A stretch of DNA of 64,000 nt, from positions 2,356,001 to 2,420,000 of the forward strand of contig OX337233.1 of NCBI GenBank assembly GCA_946965045.2, given 5' to 3'. The DNA comes from Epithemia pelagica (Eukaryota > Protista > Bacillariophyta). Shown one piece after another: positions 32,801 through 44,953 of this stretch; within the stretch, counting starts at the first letter, position 1; the number at the start of each line of letters is the position of its first letter. Below the pieces are notes generated by a model. It was not told where the DNA came from. It searched no databases and saw only the letters and a program-made list of their open reading frames with translations. Position numbers and translations under genes: made by a program.

Positions 32801-33950
32801 TATTCAAAAGACTCGCTCTCATAGTTCTCCGCCTTCTTCTCTAATCATGGCCGGTGACGGGAAAAGTACTATATCTGCAACGTCATCGCTTTCTTCAACC
32901 CCCGAACCCTCCATTTCGAACAACAAACAGAATCTAGGAAATATCGCCTCGCTACTGCCTCCCGCAGGCTTCGATGCAAACGTCTTGCAGCCATCATTTC
33001 CTTCTTTCTCACCAAGCATTCCCCAGGGTCAGAGTAATTCGCATCACGTCGACGCATCCCAGAACAATGCACTGAGAATGGAACATTCAACACCAAACGT
33101 TGCGTCGCCTCTCAACTCAAGATTTATCCCTCCAAATAGCCACGGGATCGCCCCTCTCAGCCACGGTGGAGCAATGCCACCCCCTCCGCCACCTCTTAGC
33201 CAAATGCCTCCTAACAGCTTCGAGCACCAGCCCACTCCTCTTCCGTTCGCAACGGCGTCGAATGCCCCGCACAACCTGATGCCTCTTCCAACGCAGCATG
33301 GATTTTCATCTAATATGCCTCCTGTTGCCACAACGGAAAGTCACCGGTCATTAGTTCATGCCCCCTTGCCTGCAGGGCATCATCATCATCAAAGAGAAAC
33401 TCTGGGGGTGTGGGGTTCTGAGCCTCCCGTTTCTTCCTCAGGGGATACTTTTGGCCTTGCCGCTGCCGTGGATTTTCTCCAGTACAATCAAGAGGGCAAG
33501 AACGCCTTACGGTCTGAGTCCTTACCACAATCAAGTATGAACGAAATAATTGGCCTTTCAAGCATCCCTCAAGCAAGTGGTCCAACTGTTCTAGGCAACC
33601 TTGATCTGGACCGTCGCACCAGTGCTCCTCCTTTTCTAGCCAGTAGCACAGGTGGTAAAGACGAGTCCAACATTGTCGACAGCCTCTTCGGTTCCACGTC
33701 CGATCCCAGAAATGATGCTTCTTTGGTGTCTGGTCTTCGTGGACTTTCGTTGGAACAGCCTCTTGGCCACGCTGCAGATCCTTGGGCAGGATCCGGCTTT
33801 GATTTACCGCCTGTGGGTGCCTCAACTTCTGAAGTTCCATCTTTGGATGAACACCTCCTGAATCCAGGAGTTGGTCCGTCTTTGTTCTCGACAACGACGG
33901 CTCCAGATGATCGCCAACACTCACGTTTCTCATGGGGAGTGTCCGACTAG
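29838..33950 (+). CDS. Large protein with N-terminal Cys-rich (CxxC array) region and two KH RNA-binding domains
   Basis: Exon 1 29838-30337, intron 30338-30469 (joined CGR|CGIVLCSRDAKFAVECDTC). KH GxxG loops VGKVIGKGGQRIRDLMEESGARIWI and VPLLIGRRGWTIKNIQDSSGARVDI. Confidence 0.88.
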
Positions 33951-34842
33951 AGCAAGTAGTGTGCCGTTGTCGATCTAGCTTACTGTCCGGTTAGACGACA
34001 ATGAGGAATCGGTGTATCATTCAATGCGCGTTTGAACCGATTCCGGAGCTCCTGTACTTGTAACTTTACCTAGTTCGAAATCTCTTTTTCTACAATCAGC
34101 GATCGTTTATTGTCCAGATTGCAAAGAGTATAGTCTACGCAGATTCTAAGGAACACAAAATGTCACAAGAAGCTCTCGAACACCGTGTATCGTGTACGTA
34201 CAAGGTGTATCTTGGACTGGGAGACCAGAAGGAAAACTAAGCTACCAACATTGATGCAGTAGAAGACACGGATGTGGTTCCTCCTCACGTCCGGCTTATC
34301 GCGGGACGTCGAAACCAGGAGAACTTCTCTCCGCTTGACATGTTTTGCATTCTTTATAGAAGGTGACAGAGAAGGGCCTGAAATACCATTTCCTATCCTC
34401 CTCTCTAGGAGTACTAGCTAGAGGAGTAGCTAAAGCTCCTATACGTACCGTACTGATTAAACGACCGAAAAGCGATCTACATTTTGTCGAATTTTTCTGG
34501 AAAATTCCTCATTTTAAAAAAGGCGGGAAAATCCCAAGGAAAAATCGCTTGTTGTTGCATGCGTTTGTGCCACCCACACAGAAATCGACAAGTTCCGGAT
34601 CTCCCTCGAGAAAGGACCGTATCTTGGTAGCCAAAATCATCGAAGGTCAATGGATATTGGATCTTTGAAGCAAACTTGTCGTCCTTGCATCCGAAGCTTA
34701 GTCCTGACTTTTCCCCTTGATATTTTCATAAGTCATCTTTACACTGGCAGTTCTCAGTCGTCTGCTCTTTCTTTGTCCGCCAAAGTGTGATTACGTTGAA
34801 TAGAATCTGAGTGAGGCCACATTGGAATTGACGTTGGGATCG

Positions 34843-37143
34843 ATGGCGGACCACGATGCTGAAAATCCAAATGCAGCGACACCGCCCCCACACCAGAAAG
34901 TCTCTGTAGAGGTCCTGGAGAAAAATGATTTTGACCCGGAGAAAAAAATGAGACCTGTTTCACAATCGTCGAAAACCGCTGAGAGTTCCGTTGGCAAACA
35001 TCCATTCCCATCAGAACATCAAAACGACTCTTTGAGTGACGATGAAAACCAAGCCACAAACCCAGTATCTAATCCTATTTCAGGTGATGACAAAAAATTA
35101 AGTGGACCAGCCGAGCAACGACCATCCAAGCGAATCAGGTCAAAGGAAGACTCTAGCACCAGTCGCACTGCCGATCCATCAACGGCTCGCGCAATGAAAA
35201 CTCCGGACATGGCGACAGAGCAAACATCTACATGGGACGCATCCAAAGCAGAGCTGTATCAGAGTAGCACGGGGTTGAAGCGAGCACCAGTGGCGCAGGT
35301 GACACGGAACGAAAGTTCAGCGTCCGTGTCGTCCGACATTTCATCGGCTTCGTCGGCCGCTCATCAAACTGCAGCGTCTTACAACTATCAAGAAGCTGAT
35401 GAAGACTACGATGATGACGACGACCCAGCAGTGCTATCGCCTGTACCCAGATCATTTGTGCAGGAGGTTCCACCTGCACCCCCATCGACTCCAGCCAGCT
35501 CCATATCACCACATTGGGATGATGGCAACAGTGGCACACTAACGCCTCTGCCCATTGCGACACTTAAGAATGCTCAGATGTTGGAAGAAGAACAAATGTT
35601 AATGGAGGGAGCTGTAACTCCAGCTCCACCTAGGGATGTGGACTCTGGAGGCGAGAAGAGAGCCGCCAGAAACATTCCTGTACTACCCGGCGAGTTTGAA
35701 GATTGGGCAGTTGGTGATCGCTACGAGATGGTCAGAATTCTCGGCAGAGGCTCCTATGGAGAGGTCGCACAAGCGAAAGATCTCAGCGTTGGTAGACCAG
35801 ACGCATTCGTTGCCATTAAGAGAATCCAATCACCGTTTGATCAAGAAGTCGATTCGATTCGTTTGTACAGAGAGATGCACATATTGCGTCATATGAGAGG
35901 ACATGACTGTATCATTCAGCTGCTCAACGTGATTCAACCACCAACTGATGACTTGGATGACTTCCATGATTTGTACTTGGTGTTTGAATGTAAGTATGCA
36001 GTGAGCCGAGCTTTCTTTGTCATATCAATGGTTATAAGCTCACTTTGGAATTTCTGCAGACGTTGACACAGATTTATACAAACTTATCATGTCACCGCAA
36101 TACTTGACCACTCAGCATATTCAAACTTTCCTCTACCAAATGCTGGCTGGTCTCAAATACATTCATTCTGCCTCTGTCATTCATAGAGACCTCAAACCCG
36201 CCAATATTCTTTTGAATGAGGACTGCTCCTTGAAGGTGAGCTCGTTTTATCGTGTTGCTACGTTCCTTGTCTGTTTTCTCTTCAACTCACACTATGATGG
36301 CTTGCACAGATATGCGATTTTGGCCTCGCGCGTATCGTTGATCCTGAACGTATGTTTCATACCGAACAGACCCCTGGTAACAGAAAAAGGAAAGCAATGG
36401 ACAAACCTCAAGTAAGTTTCAAACCTGATGTTACCTTTGTTTCTTCCACGCTCAACTCACAATTGTACGGCTCCCAGCTTGGATTGACGCGTCAACTGAC
36501 GAAACATGTCGTCACACGGTGGTATCGCGCCCCCGAGCTGATATTGATTCAGCCCTACACCTCAGCTGTTGATATTTGGAGTTTGGGTTGTATCTTAGGT
36601 GAGCTCTTGAGCATGCAACAAGGTAATGTTGCTACGTACCAAGACAGGAATCCTCTCTTTCCTGGAGGTACTTGCTATCCCCTCTCTGGTGACGGAGAAA
36701 TGAAAAACGATGAAAAGGTGGATCAATTGAGTGCAATTTTCGGTGTTTTGGGCACCCCGTCCGCCGAGGACGTCTCATCAATCGGCAAAGCCAATGAATA
36801 TATAAAGTCCCTCGGCTTTAAGAAACCGAAACCTTTTGAAGAGATATATCCAGCGGCGCATCCACTGGCTCTCGATCTTCTCAGAAGAATGCTTCAATTT
36901 AATCCAAAGAGACGATGCTCAGCTGCGGAAGCTTTGGAACACGACTTTTTCAAAGGTGTGAGACAGGGTGAACTGGAACGAGATCCAGGAGCGAAATTGG
37001 TCGGTCCTGAATTTTTAGAAAAGAGCTCTATCGATCTGAAACGTGTTAAACAAGAGACTTACGATGAAGTCCTTTGGTACCGTGATCAAGCCGATCGAGA
37101 CAGTCGACCCCCCGCTAAACATAAGGAAGGCGATCCACTATAG
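34843..37143 (+). CDS. Atypical MAP kinase (TKH activation-loop motif) with long disordered N-terminus
   Basis: [47 protein letters not shown]. Introns 35990-36059, 36236-36309 and probably an in-frame 66-nt intron 36412-36477. Confidence 0.93.
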
Positions 37144-37301
37144 ATTTTAAAGAGACAATAGAATTCAATTTGTGTCAGGCGTGCCGGGGTTGTTCTTTTC
37201 TTGGATCGTGCATACCTCGTTTCTGGTTCTACAAATGTCCTAGCAAGTGTGCTATGTCTAACTTCATTCTATAGTTTTGAATTCATGACAGCAAAGAGAC
37301 G

Positions 37302-39332
37302 CTACATGGGCTGCTGGTTTCTCAAAATATACCGAGGAAGAAGTGTTCCATCAGGATGAACTTGAGCCATGTACATCCCCAGCAGGTACGCCTTGAGCTC
37401 GTCCGTTTCCTTTACGTCCCCGAGTTTTAAGGTTGTTTCCAAGAGTGCCGCACTTAGGAACTTTTCATGGATGCAATACTGTTGGCGAACTTCGTTGTAT
37501 CGACAAACTGCCTTGTCCGCAATTGCATTTTGAGGTAACTGGCTGGTCAATGTTGAAAATCCCACTTGCTCGAACGAGATGTCTTCGCAACCAGCTTTCT
37601 CCAAGAATTGGATCGCCGAGGCGATCAATTCCCTCTCAGCTAGTTCAACAGGTGGGCGAATTTCGGCAAACCAAGTATACTCGTCATGTGTTCGCTGCAC
37701 ATCGAAGTATCCCCCTCTTCGTAGGATCGCGATAAGTCTATATGGGACCACTATTGGCTTTTTGTTTGGCAGCATTGATCGGACCCATTCGACTTCATAA
37801 CCTTGACATGGAAAAGCATCTTTTCCGAATTGAACGGCAAATCGTGTCGCAAGAGCCTTTGCCGCAATACCAACCACATCATACTTGGGCGTAGCCAAAC
37901 AATGAGTTTCCAGACAATCGACATTAACATCGACCGCTTTGTCATCGTCGTCATACCCACTGTCCTCTTCTTCCTCATCCTCGAGGTTGTCCTTTCCGGT
38001 AATCAAGCGATTCAACAATCGACTGGCAATTTTTAAGTCAAATAACCGGGCGTCAATCAGAATTTCATGCCAGAGTTGGCCATACGCAAGCTTTAGAGCC
38101 TCGAAATCCACGATTCTACCATGCCATACAGGGATAGAATGTAAGTCCATACCAAACAGGGCCACCCCATGAGACCCAATTCGCGAGTCTTGACCCCAGG
38201 TTGCCACGTAACGCCCATTCACATATATATGGCCCGCCATACTCTTATCCAACAACAGAGTGTGTCCTGACGGTAACGCTGTTGCTGTCAATGATTCTTG
38301 TGGATTCAGACAACGAAAGGACAAGGCAATCGATTGTGCCATAAAATCCATGGACGGAAGTTCTTTTAGAGGTCTTCTCATTTTCCCCTCCAGTGTGAGA
38401 TGTATCCTTGTGATTGCATACTTTTGGTCCTCTTGTTGTATCATTGAAGCGTGATCTGTCACGGTCACACAAAGACATTTGACGAAAGGGTCTTGTTCCG
38501 TAGTACTTGGGAGACGAGGAACAGTACCATTGGACAGGGTAGCATCCATGAGATCGAATTTGTATTTCTTACCCCGAACGGAGTAGATTTCGAGAACATA
38601 TTTAGCGCTTTCATCGTATAGTGAAGCAAGCGCACCATATTTCACATCGTCGTCAACACTGCCACCGAAAGAAAGCATCGAAAGCTCCTCTGCTTGAACA
38701 GCTTGCTGGTTTCCAGTAGCAGGTAAACTCCTATACTCAACGACTACCTTGTACAGAATCGTTGGTGGAATATCCTCGACATCAGTACCATTTAATTCTC
38801 CCGCTGTCAGAGGTTCGGTAGAAGTGTAATGAAGTTTGATGCACCCCAGTATACCAATCTGATGCGGCCAGTCTCTCATGTTTTGCAGTTCTTCGCCTTG
38901 CGTAAGCTTTGAAGGCAACGCAGGTTTCAAATAGACCCACGCACTTTTTGTGTACTTGTGCTGGAACTTTAGTCTTTGAAGTGAAAAGGGCAAGTCTCTC
39001 GGTGGTCCCTCACTTTTTACCGACAACCAAGAGAATTCAGAGGTGCACAAATCGCGAAAGGTCCATTGATGTGGTGGGTGAACAATCCGAGCGTAATTCA
39101 CGCAACTTAGCAACGTGTGACTTAGAACTTGCCGAACGCCATCAAGAACGCCTTCTTCCAACGGCAAACTGGCGTGGGCCATGGACGACAGCGACAGTGG
39201 CACTGCTTCTGTGAAAGTTTCAAAACGAGCACTGGATTGGCTCGACATGGACGAGTGCCGATGACCTGGTCCAACCGTCGGTGGTGGTGGAGGCTCCAGG
39301 CCGCCATTCGATTGTGATTCTTCTCTCTGCAT
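37302..39332 (-). CDS. Hypothetical protein, possibly degenerate GHKL/HATPase-related
   Basis: 676-aa ORF with VNYARIVHPPHQWTFRDL, SFGGSVDDDVKYGALA and LLLDKSMAGHIYVNGRYV...LFGMDL. The family assignment is inference. Confidence 0.7.
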   Translation of the reverse strand: MQREESQSNGGLEPPPPPTVGPGHRHSSMSSQSSARFETFTEAVPLSLSSMAHASLPLEEGVLDGVRQVLSHTLLSCVNYARIVHPPHQWTFRDLCTSEFSWLSVKSEGPPRDLPFSLQRLKFQHKYTKSAWVYLKPALPSKLTQGEELQNMRDWPHQIGILGCIKLHYTSTEPLTAGELNGTDVEDIPPTILYKVVVEYRSLPATGNQQAVQAEELSMLSFGGSVDDDVKYGALASLYDESAKYVLEIYSVRGKKYKFDLMDATLSNGTVPRLPSTTEQDPFVKCLCVTVTDHASMIQQEDQKYAITRIHLTLEGKMRRPLKELPSMDFMAQSIALSFRCLNPQESLTATALPSGHTLLLDKSMAGHIYVNGRYVATWGQDSRIGSHGVALFGMDLHSIPVWHGRIVDFEALKLAYGQLWHEILIDARLFDLKIASRLLNRLITGKDNLEDEEEEDSGYDDDDKAVDVNVDCLETHCLATPKYDVVGIAAKALATRFAVQFGKDAFPCQGYEVEWVRSMLPNKKPIVVPYRLIAILRRGGYFDVQRTHDEYTWFAEIRPPVELAERELIASAIQFLEKAGCEDISFEQVGFSTLTSQLPQNAIADKAVCRYNEVRQQYCIHEKFLSAALLETTLKLGDVKETDELKAYLLGMYMAQVHPDGTLLPRYILRNQQPM

Positions 39333-39701
39333 ATTGAATGGAAGTGAGAAAAATCAAATAATAGACTTTCTCCAGATCAACTCCAAACTCCAACAACCGA
39401 CAAATGGTTTGGGCTTGGAGTGGAGTTGGTACAGTGCATTGAAAGAACTTGAGTTCTCTTCAACTAATGTTGTCTTATAACACCACTTTTTTACAAGACA
39501 CACAAAATCAACCCATTTTTTACGCCGGGAAAAATGCTATGGGTCAAACTGTGGGCTCCCCTGATTCCCCCAGATGACCCCGACCCCGACCCCCTCATCC
39601 GAAAAGATACCATCAATCAACCATCAACCCCATACACACATCACGTCCATCAGATATCCATCTTTGTCTCTTCGTTGTTGATCTTGCCTAGGAAGGTAAC
39701 A

Positions 39702-40592
39702 ATGGACCATAACTTTCGTGGGATATCGATAGTCGCAGGTCTATGGCTTCTTTTCTGGCCTGTTCCAGGTCATGCCTTTAGCTTGAATAAGCCGTCGTGT
39801 GCGACCGCGTCGACAAGTCAAACGGCCGATGCTGATGCGTCACGTCGCACTGCCTTGGCTCAACTTTTGGTGATGGGTACTTCTACGGTTGCAACAATGG
39901 CGGCTCCGTTGCTGGCGGGACCAGAGGTGGCACAGGCCAGTGGAGGTGCAACTGCAGGGCGGTACACTACGATTCCGATTGCCAAACGAAGATACTATGG
40001 ACGAGTCCAGCAGGGTGTGCACGAGTTCTTGTTGATGGCACCGGCCATGGTCGACCAAGATATGACTTCGTACCCGATACAACATTTCTTTGACCTCCAG
40101 GGAACTGTCATTGTAGCGGCCAAGAGAAAGGATGTCAATGGTCAGTGCACGAAAAAGGATGGTGATTGCAGAGGAAAGGAAATTCGTGATTCTCGATGGA
40201 ACGACATGAAAGCATCAATGTACTTGCTAGCAAATGCTTTTAGAACGGTACGTCAGAGTGAGAATGATTAGTTATGTGTCTGTCAACAAGCAATTATATC
40301 ACTGATCAATTACTCGGTTGTTGGAACATATGTCATGACAAAGGATCAACAAAAACCACCGGATCGATTGCCCACCGTCAAAGCAGCAAAAGCTTTTTTC
40401 AAAGAAGTTGATGTCATCCAAAAGAACATTAGTAAAAAGAAAAAGAAGGACCCTGATACGGCGGCACTTTACGTCTCAGCCCTTGATCTCCTCGACACAT
40501 ATCTTGACCTTGTGGAACTCCCTCCGATCGATAGTGGTCACTACGACAAAGAATTCGATACACTTGTTGGCGAAACGGCTCGTCTAACATAA
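39702..40592 (+). CDS. Plastid thylakoid-lumen protein, PsbQ-like C-terminal helix pattern
   Basis: Signal peptide ending GHA-F, twin-Arg SRRTALAQLL with hydrophobic stretch and AQA cleavage site. Probable intron 40248-40343. C-terminus AALYVSALDLLDTYLDLVELPP. Confidence 0.72.
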
Positions 40593-40932
40593 GAAAATGG
40601 AATGATGAGGCACATTCAGAGAGAAACTTTAATTAGGTAAAAGTAACATTGTGGTATATGCCAGATCTGAATGAGAACATTCCCAAGGAAACAGGATGCG
40701 ACAACGATTGTGACCAACTCTTCATTGAGGAAGCAATTGAAGTACCTTTGTGTCGTTTTCCTATTTAGCTTTCGGTCTAGTTTCAACTTTCAATGAGAAA
40801 GGAGAAGTAAAACATAACCACGGTACATGAAAAGTGAGAACTTGTAGCCCAAGGCTTGAGTCGAGACCTGAAATAGTGAGAGATACATTCGCAGTCTCCT
40901 GGGTATCTTCTAGAATTTTCATGCCCGTCCGT

Positions 40933-42454
40933 TCATGGTGATTGTAGTTCTGAGCCATCACCAAGCGGTTCTGTTCGAACAGAGTCTCCGACGGTCCCAG
41001 AGTCAAGATTACTTCGTGCTGCTTCATCCGAAGGAGTGCCCGATTCAGCATCACTTTTCGGAGACGATGGTGCTGATTGTTCACTGTTATTTGCAGATTG
41101 AGATGATACCGCCGCTTCGACAGGTTTCACAGCTGTAACTGCGACAAACTCATCTTCGTCTTCTTCAAAATGAATCTGCTCCATGCCCTTTTCGAGAATG
41201 TCCAAACGTTCTCCTACATAAAGTCGACCCCCTTCCGGTGTTTGAGGAACTTCTGCCTTCCATCCACGCAACCGTCTCCTCCGCCTCACTTCTTCTGATT
41301 CATCCAGAACCGCCGAATGACAGAGAACATGGTATCCAACTCTGCGAGGCTCATCAACCATACCAAACTCAGATATAAGCAAAACCCCATTTCCATCTGC
41401 ATCCCAACCGGCAATGGCAAGTAGATTGGTTGCTTCAGCAATGAATGCGCAAGTTAGTGGATGAGGGATCCCTCGAATCTGGCAAATGCTTTTCTTAGCA
41501 TCACCTTCCACCGAACGTCGCACAGTTGAATACAGCATTTGGGTAAGGGAAGACGAGGCATTGTCTTTCTTCTTTTCCTCTTGTTCCTCAGAAGACTCTA
41601 CTTCGAACACATGTGCCGTCCCTTTGTCACTAGTGCAAGCCAACCATTTAAAGTCCCAAGAAAATGAAAGACAAGTAATTGTCGCACGTTCAACTCCTCT
41701 GCGATACTCTTGCACGCATGTAGCCGTTGCTACATCCCAAACTCGAATTACAGTGCCTTTCACGGATGCGGTTGCCACCTTTGAACCATCCGCAGTGATC
41801 GCCAATCCCCGCAGTGCGCTTTCATGCGCTTCTAGAAGCTGAAAAATTTGGAGACATCGAGTCAGAAAATGGAGCAAAGACACCCAAGGTCAGACAAATA
41901 ACCAATTCAACAAGTCGTACCACAGTCTTCCGCAAGCCATAGAGCTCCACCCGCACGTGGCCAATCGTTACAGAGGGACAAGCCAAAACCATATCTTGAA
42001 TCTGAGTCGATAGACAGAGTAAGCCATGTGTATTGTCTGCCGTATAGATTTTATCTCGCAAACTTAAATCTGCCAAATGGTAGACATAAACGCGGTCTCT
42101 CAAAGCCACCGCAATGGCATCTTTCCGTAGGCGTACTTGCAACACAATCTGTCGAAAGGACAACTCGCCAACCTCTTTAGGACAATGATCATCCCATATT
42201 AACACACGATGCGGTGGGGCCTGAGGGGACGGACCTCCGCCCACAAGTGCCATCAAGTTACACCGAAAAAGCATTTCAATCAATCCGATTCCTCCTTGGA
42301 GCTCCCGGTTGACCGTTCGTGCATAATTTGGATGAAGATTGTGCACCGAGAATCCTGATGTTGTTCCCACGGCCAAACACCCACCATCTTGATTAAAAGC
42401 ACAAGTCAATAAAGGATTCTGCGAGGCGGAATCCGTGAAAGCGTCGTTGTCCAT
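40933..42454 (-). CDS. ATG18: ATG18/WIPI family phosphoinositide-binding beta-propeller
   Basis: FNQDGGCLAVGT, IEMLFRCNLMALVGGG, VLIWDD; intron 41839-41920; LEAHESALRGLAITADGSKVATASVKGTVIRVWD, EYRRG (FRRG-type motif), SDKGTAHVF. Confidence 0.94.
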
Positions 42455-43316
42455 TGTCGATGTATTTTTTATTTCTGCCTAGGTAGATCTTAAGTCGTCG
42501 CGAGTCTTGAGTCTCCAGTCATGATTTAATGGGATTCAATTAGTCCTCTTTGGACTTTGGACTGTGAAACTGACACGTGGAAACGACAAGGTTATTCATC
42601 AAAGCTGACATGTTGACAGACAGTTGACAGATGCCGACAGATGCAAGTCGCCACGGATGCTTTGACAGTTGACAGGTTCTATAAACTTTTCTGTACAGGT
42701 GTCAAAGCGTGAGTCAGAACGGACGAAGCTTACACGAAAAGGGGGGGCACCGGGCACCTGGGACTGACTGTCTGTCCGACATGTAGTATGACTGTCGGAG
42801 GGCAATTTCATTCCATGTCATAATTATGTCTCACACTTGTAGTGTATTGCTCTTTTCTACAGAATTATGAAGTCCCGAGAGATGCATACAATAAGAGTGT
42901 TATTCGGCGGGCTGATCCAGTCGTGTAGATGGTGCCGAAAATGCACTCTCTCGACTCCCACCCCTTTCCGAGGAAAAGGGTGCGATTGGGGGGGTACCTT
43001 TGTTCGTCCGTCATCCGAAAGGAAAAAAATTGTCTCGTATTTTTTCCCAAAGCGCCAGCCGGGTGATATCGCCAGCCTCCCTTCGATCGTTCGAAATAGA
43101 CGCGCCGGTCACGCCTTGTATTGCTTGCACAAGGGCCAGGAATCGTCTCACTTTTCGAGCAACACCACAAAAGACGACCATGAGCACACCAAAAACCAAA
43201 AGAAAACCATCCAGCCGTACGAACGACCACAGTGACAACTTTATGGCCAAAACCATCCACCTAGATCACAGGTGAAGGCGGAATACATCAAAGGAAGGAT
43301 GACAACATGAAACATG

Positions 43317-43356
43317 ACAATCAACCACTGCAATGAACAATCAACCACTGCAATGA
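43317..43356. repeat. Perfect 20-bp tandem duplication
   Basis: acaatcaaccactgcaatga twice, in a long intergenic region. Confidence 0.85.
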
Positions 43357-44953
43357 TGAAGCGAAGGTTTGACAGCGTCATCATGGGGTATGTAAGCCCA
43401 GGAAGCAGGAAGCCTAAACTAGTAGTGGACTATGCTTTTATCTTTCCCATAGACAAAGTGCCAGGAGCTTGTGTTGATACTCCTAGAGGTGCATTGCACC
43501 ATGTGTGTGTATTTCATGGTGTGTGTGTGATGATTCCGTGAAGCTTGATCCACTACTACGTAAAGAGTACTCGCTTCTGAAACAGTATAGACTTTAGAGT
43601 ACAAAATGGGCTTGTAGATTTCTCTGTGCATGTCTCGTCAAGTCTCACGGCTCACGGTTCCTGTTTCCCATTCATGAGCGCAAGCGGCTACACAATAGGG
43701 CGAAGCCAGTTATTACAGTTGGCTGGGACGTTATAATAATGTGCTAAATCAAAAGAAATTTGAAAGAAATAATTTTTACATTTTTAGGAAAATTTGGGAA
43801 TAACCGTATGGACAGCAGACGGGAGGTACCCCCGCAATCGGAGCGAATAACTCGATGTCCGGGGTCTTGGAGGGAGAACTGCTACAACTTTTTCCATACT
43901 CTCTAGCTAGCACTCAGGTTCGCGTTTGTTGATGTCCCCCTGCCGGTGAGTTTTGACTATAGCCTAGAGAGTAAAATTTTACAGTACTTCCGATTTCCAT
44001 TTCCGATGGCCGATGGGTCGTTCTCTTCTCCCGCCACAAACGCGCGAGGAGATTAACGGCTGGAGAACATAAGCGTAACGTAGCTTTAACAGTAGAAATG
44101 GAAATATTTCGTATGTTTCTAAATCCATCATAAGTTTCTGGCCGTAGGCTTTTTTGATTGGTTAGTTAGGTTGCACTCCAGAAAACGCCTAAGCGCGATT
44201 TCGAATAGGGATATACAAACTATCGGAAAGATAAGACTTTCGCGCTAGAGATTTCTTCCCCATGTAGGGCAGGAACGCCCCTACAGGTCGCGTCGTATTT
44301 GTCTTTCGTATGTAGAATTTGTACGGGATGAACGGAGAAAGACCCGCAACCGTGGATTCATAAAATCGAAACGCGAGAGGTCGGCAGTCGAAGTCTTCCT
44401 CGCCCACCTTTTTCACCCACGAGACGATCACGCACGCTGGTAACGAGAAGTTTTTTTATCACCGTTGTTGTCGCGGTCTAATTTGAAGAATGCAGTAAAG
44501 AGATTATAACCAGAAGTAAAGGTGCGTTTCACCATGGCGGTAGCTGATCGTCCCATCGTAGACTTGAGAGAGTAAGGCGAAATGCCTGGTGGAAGACTCT
44601 GGTGACATAGTGTACTGATCACGTTTCGGGGCAATAGTACCTGGAAGTTCTTATTGGATTAGAAATGTCGTTGCTTTTCCGTCTTGTTGCTTGACAATGG
44701 CGCATTGACACACAACTAAACTAACATGAGACCGTTCTTAACCATGGCAGAGAGAGTCAAGTCTTCGCTGTAGGGTTCTACCCGCCTCAGCGTCTCGGCT
44801 CCACTTGGTTCGGTGATTGAAGGTATTTGGTCCTTTCGGCAGCGAGAGCATAAGTAATTTTCCTCCCCCGCCGAACGTGACTGGGTTATCGACAAACACG
44901 AACACTGTATAGCAATGGGAAACCCACAAATTCACAATTCCACAACAAGAAGA

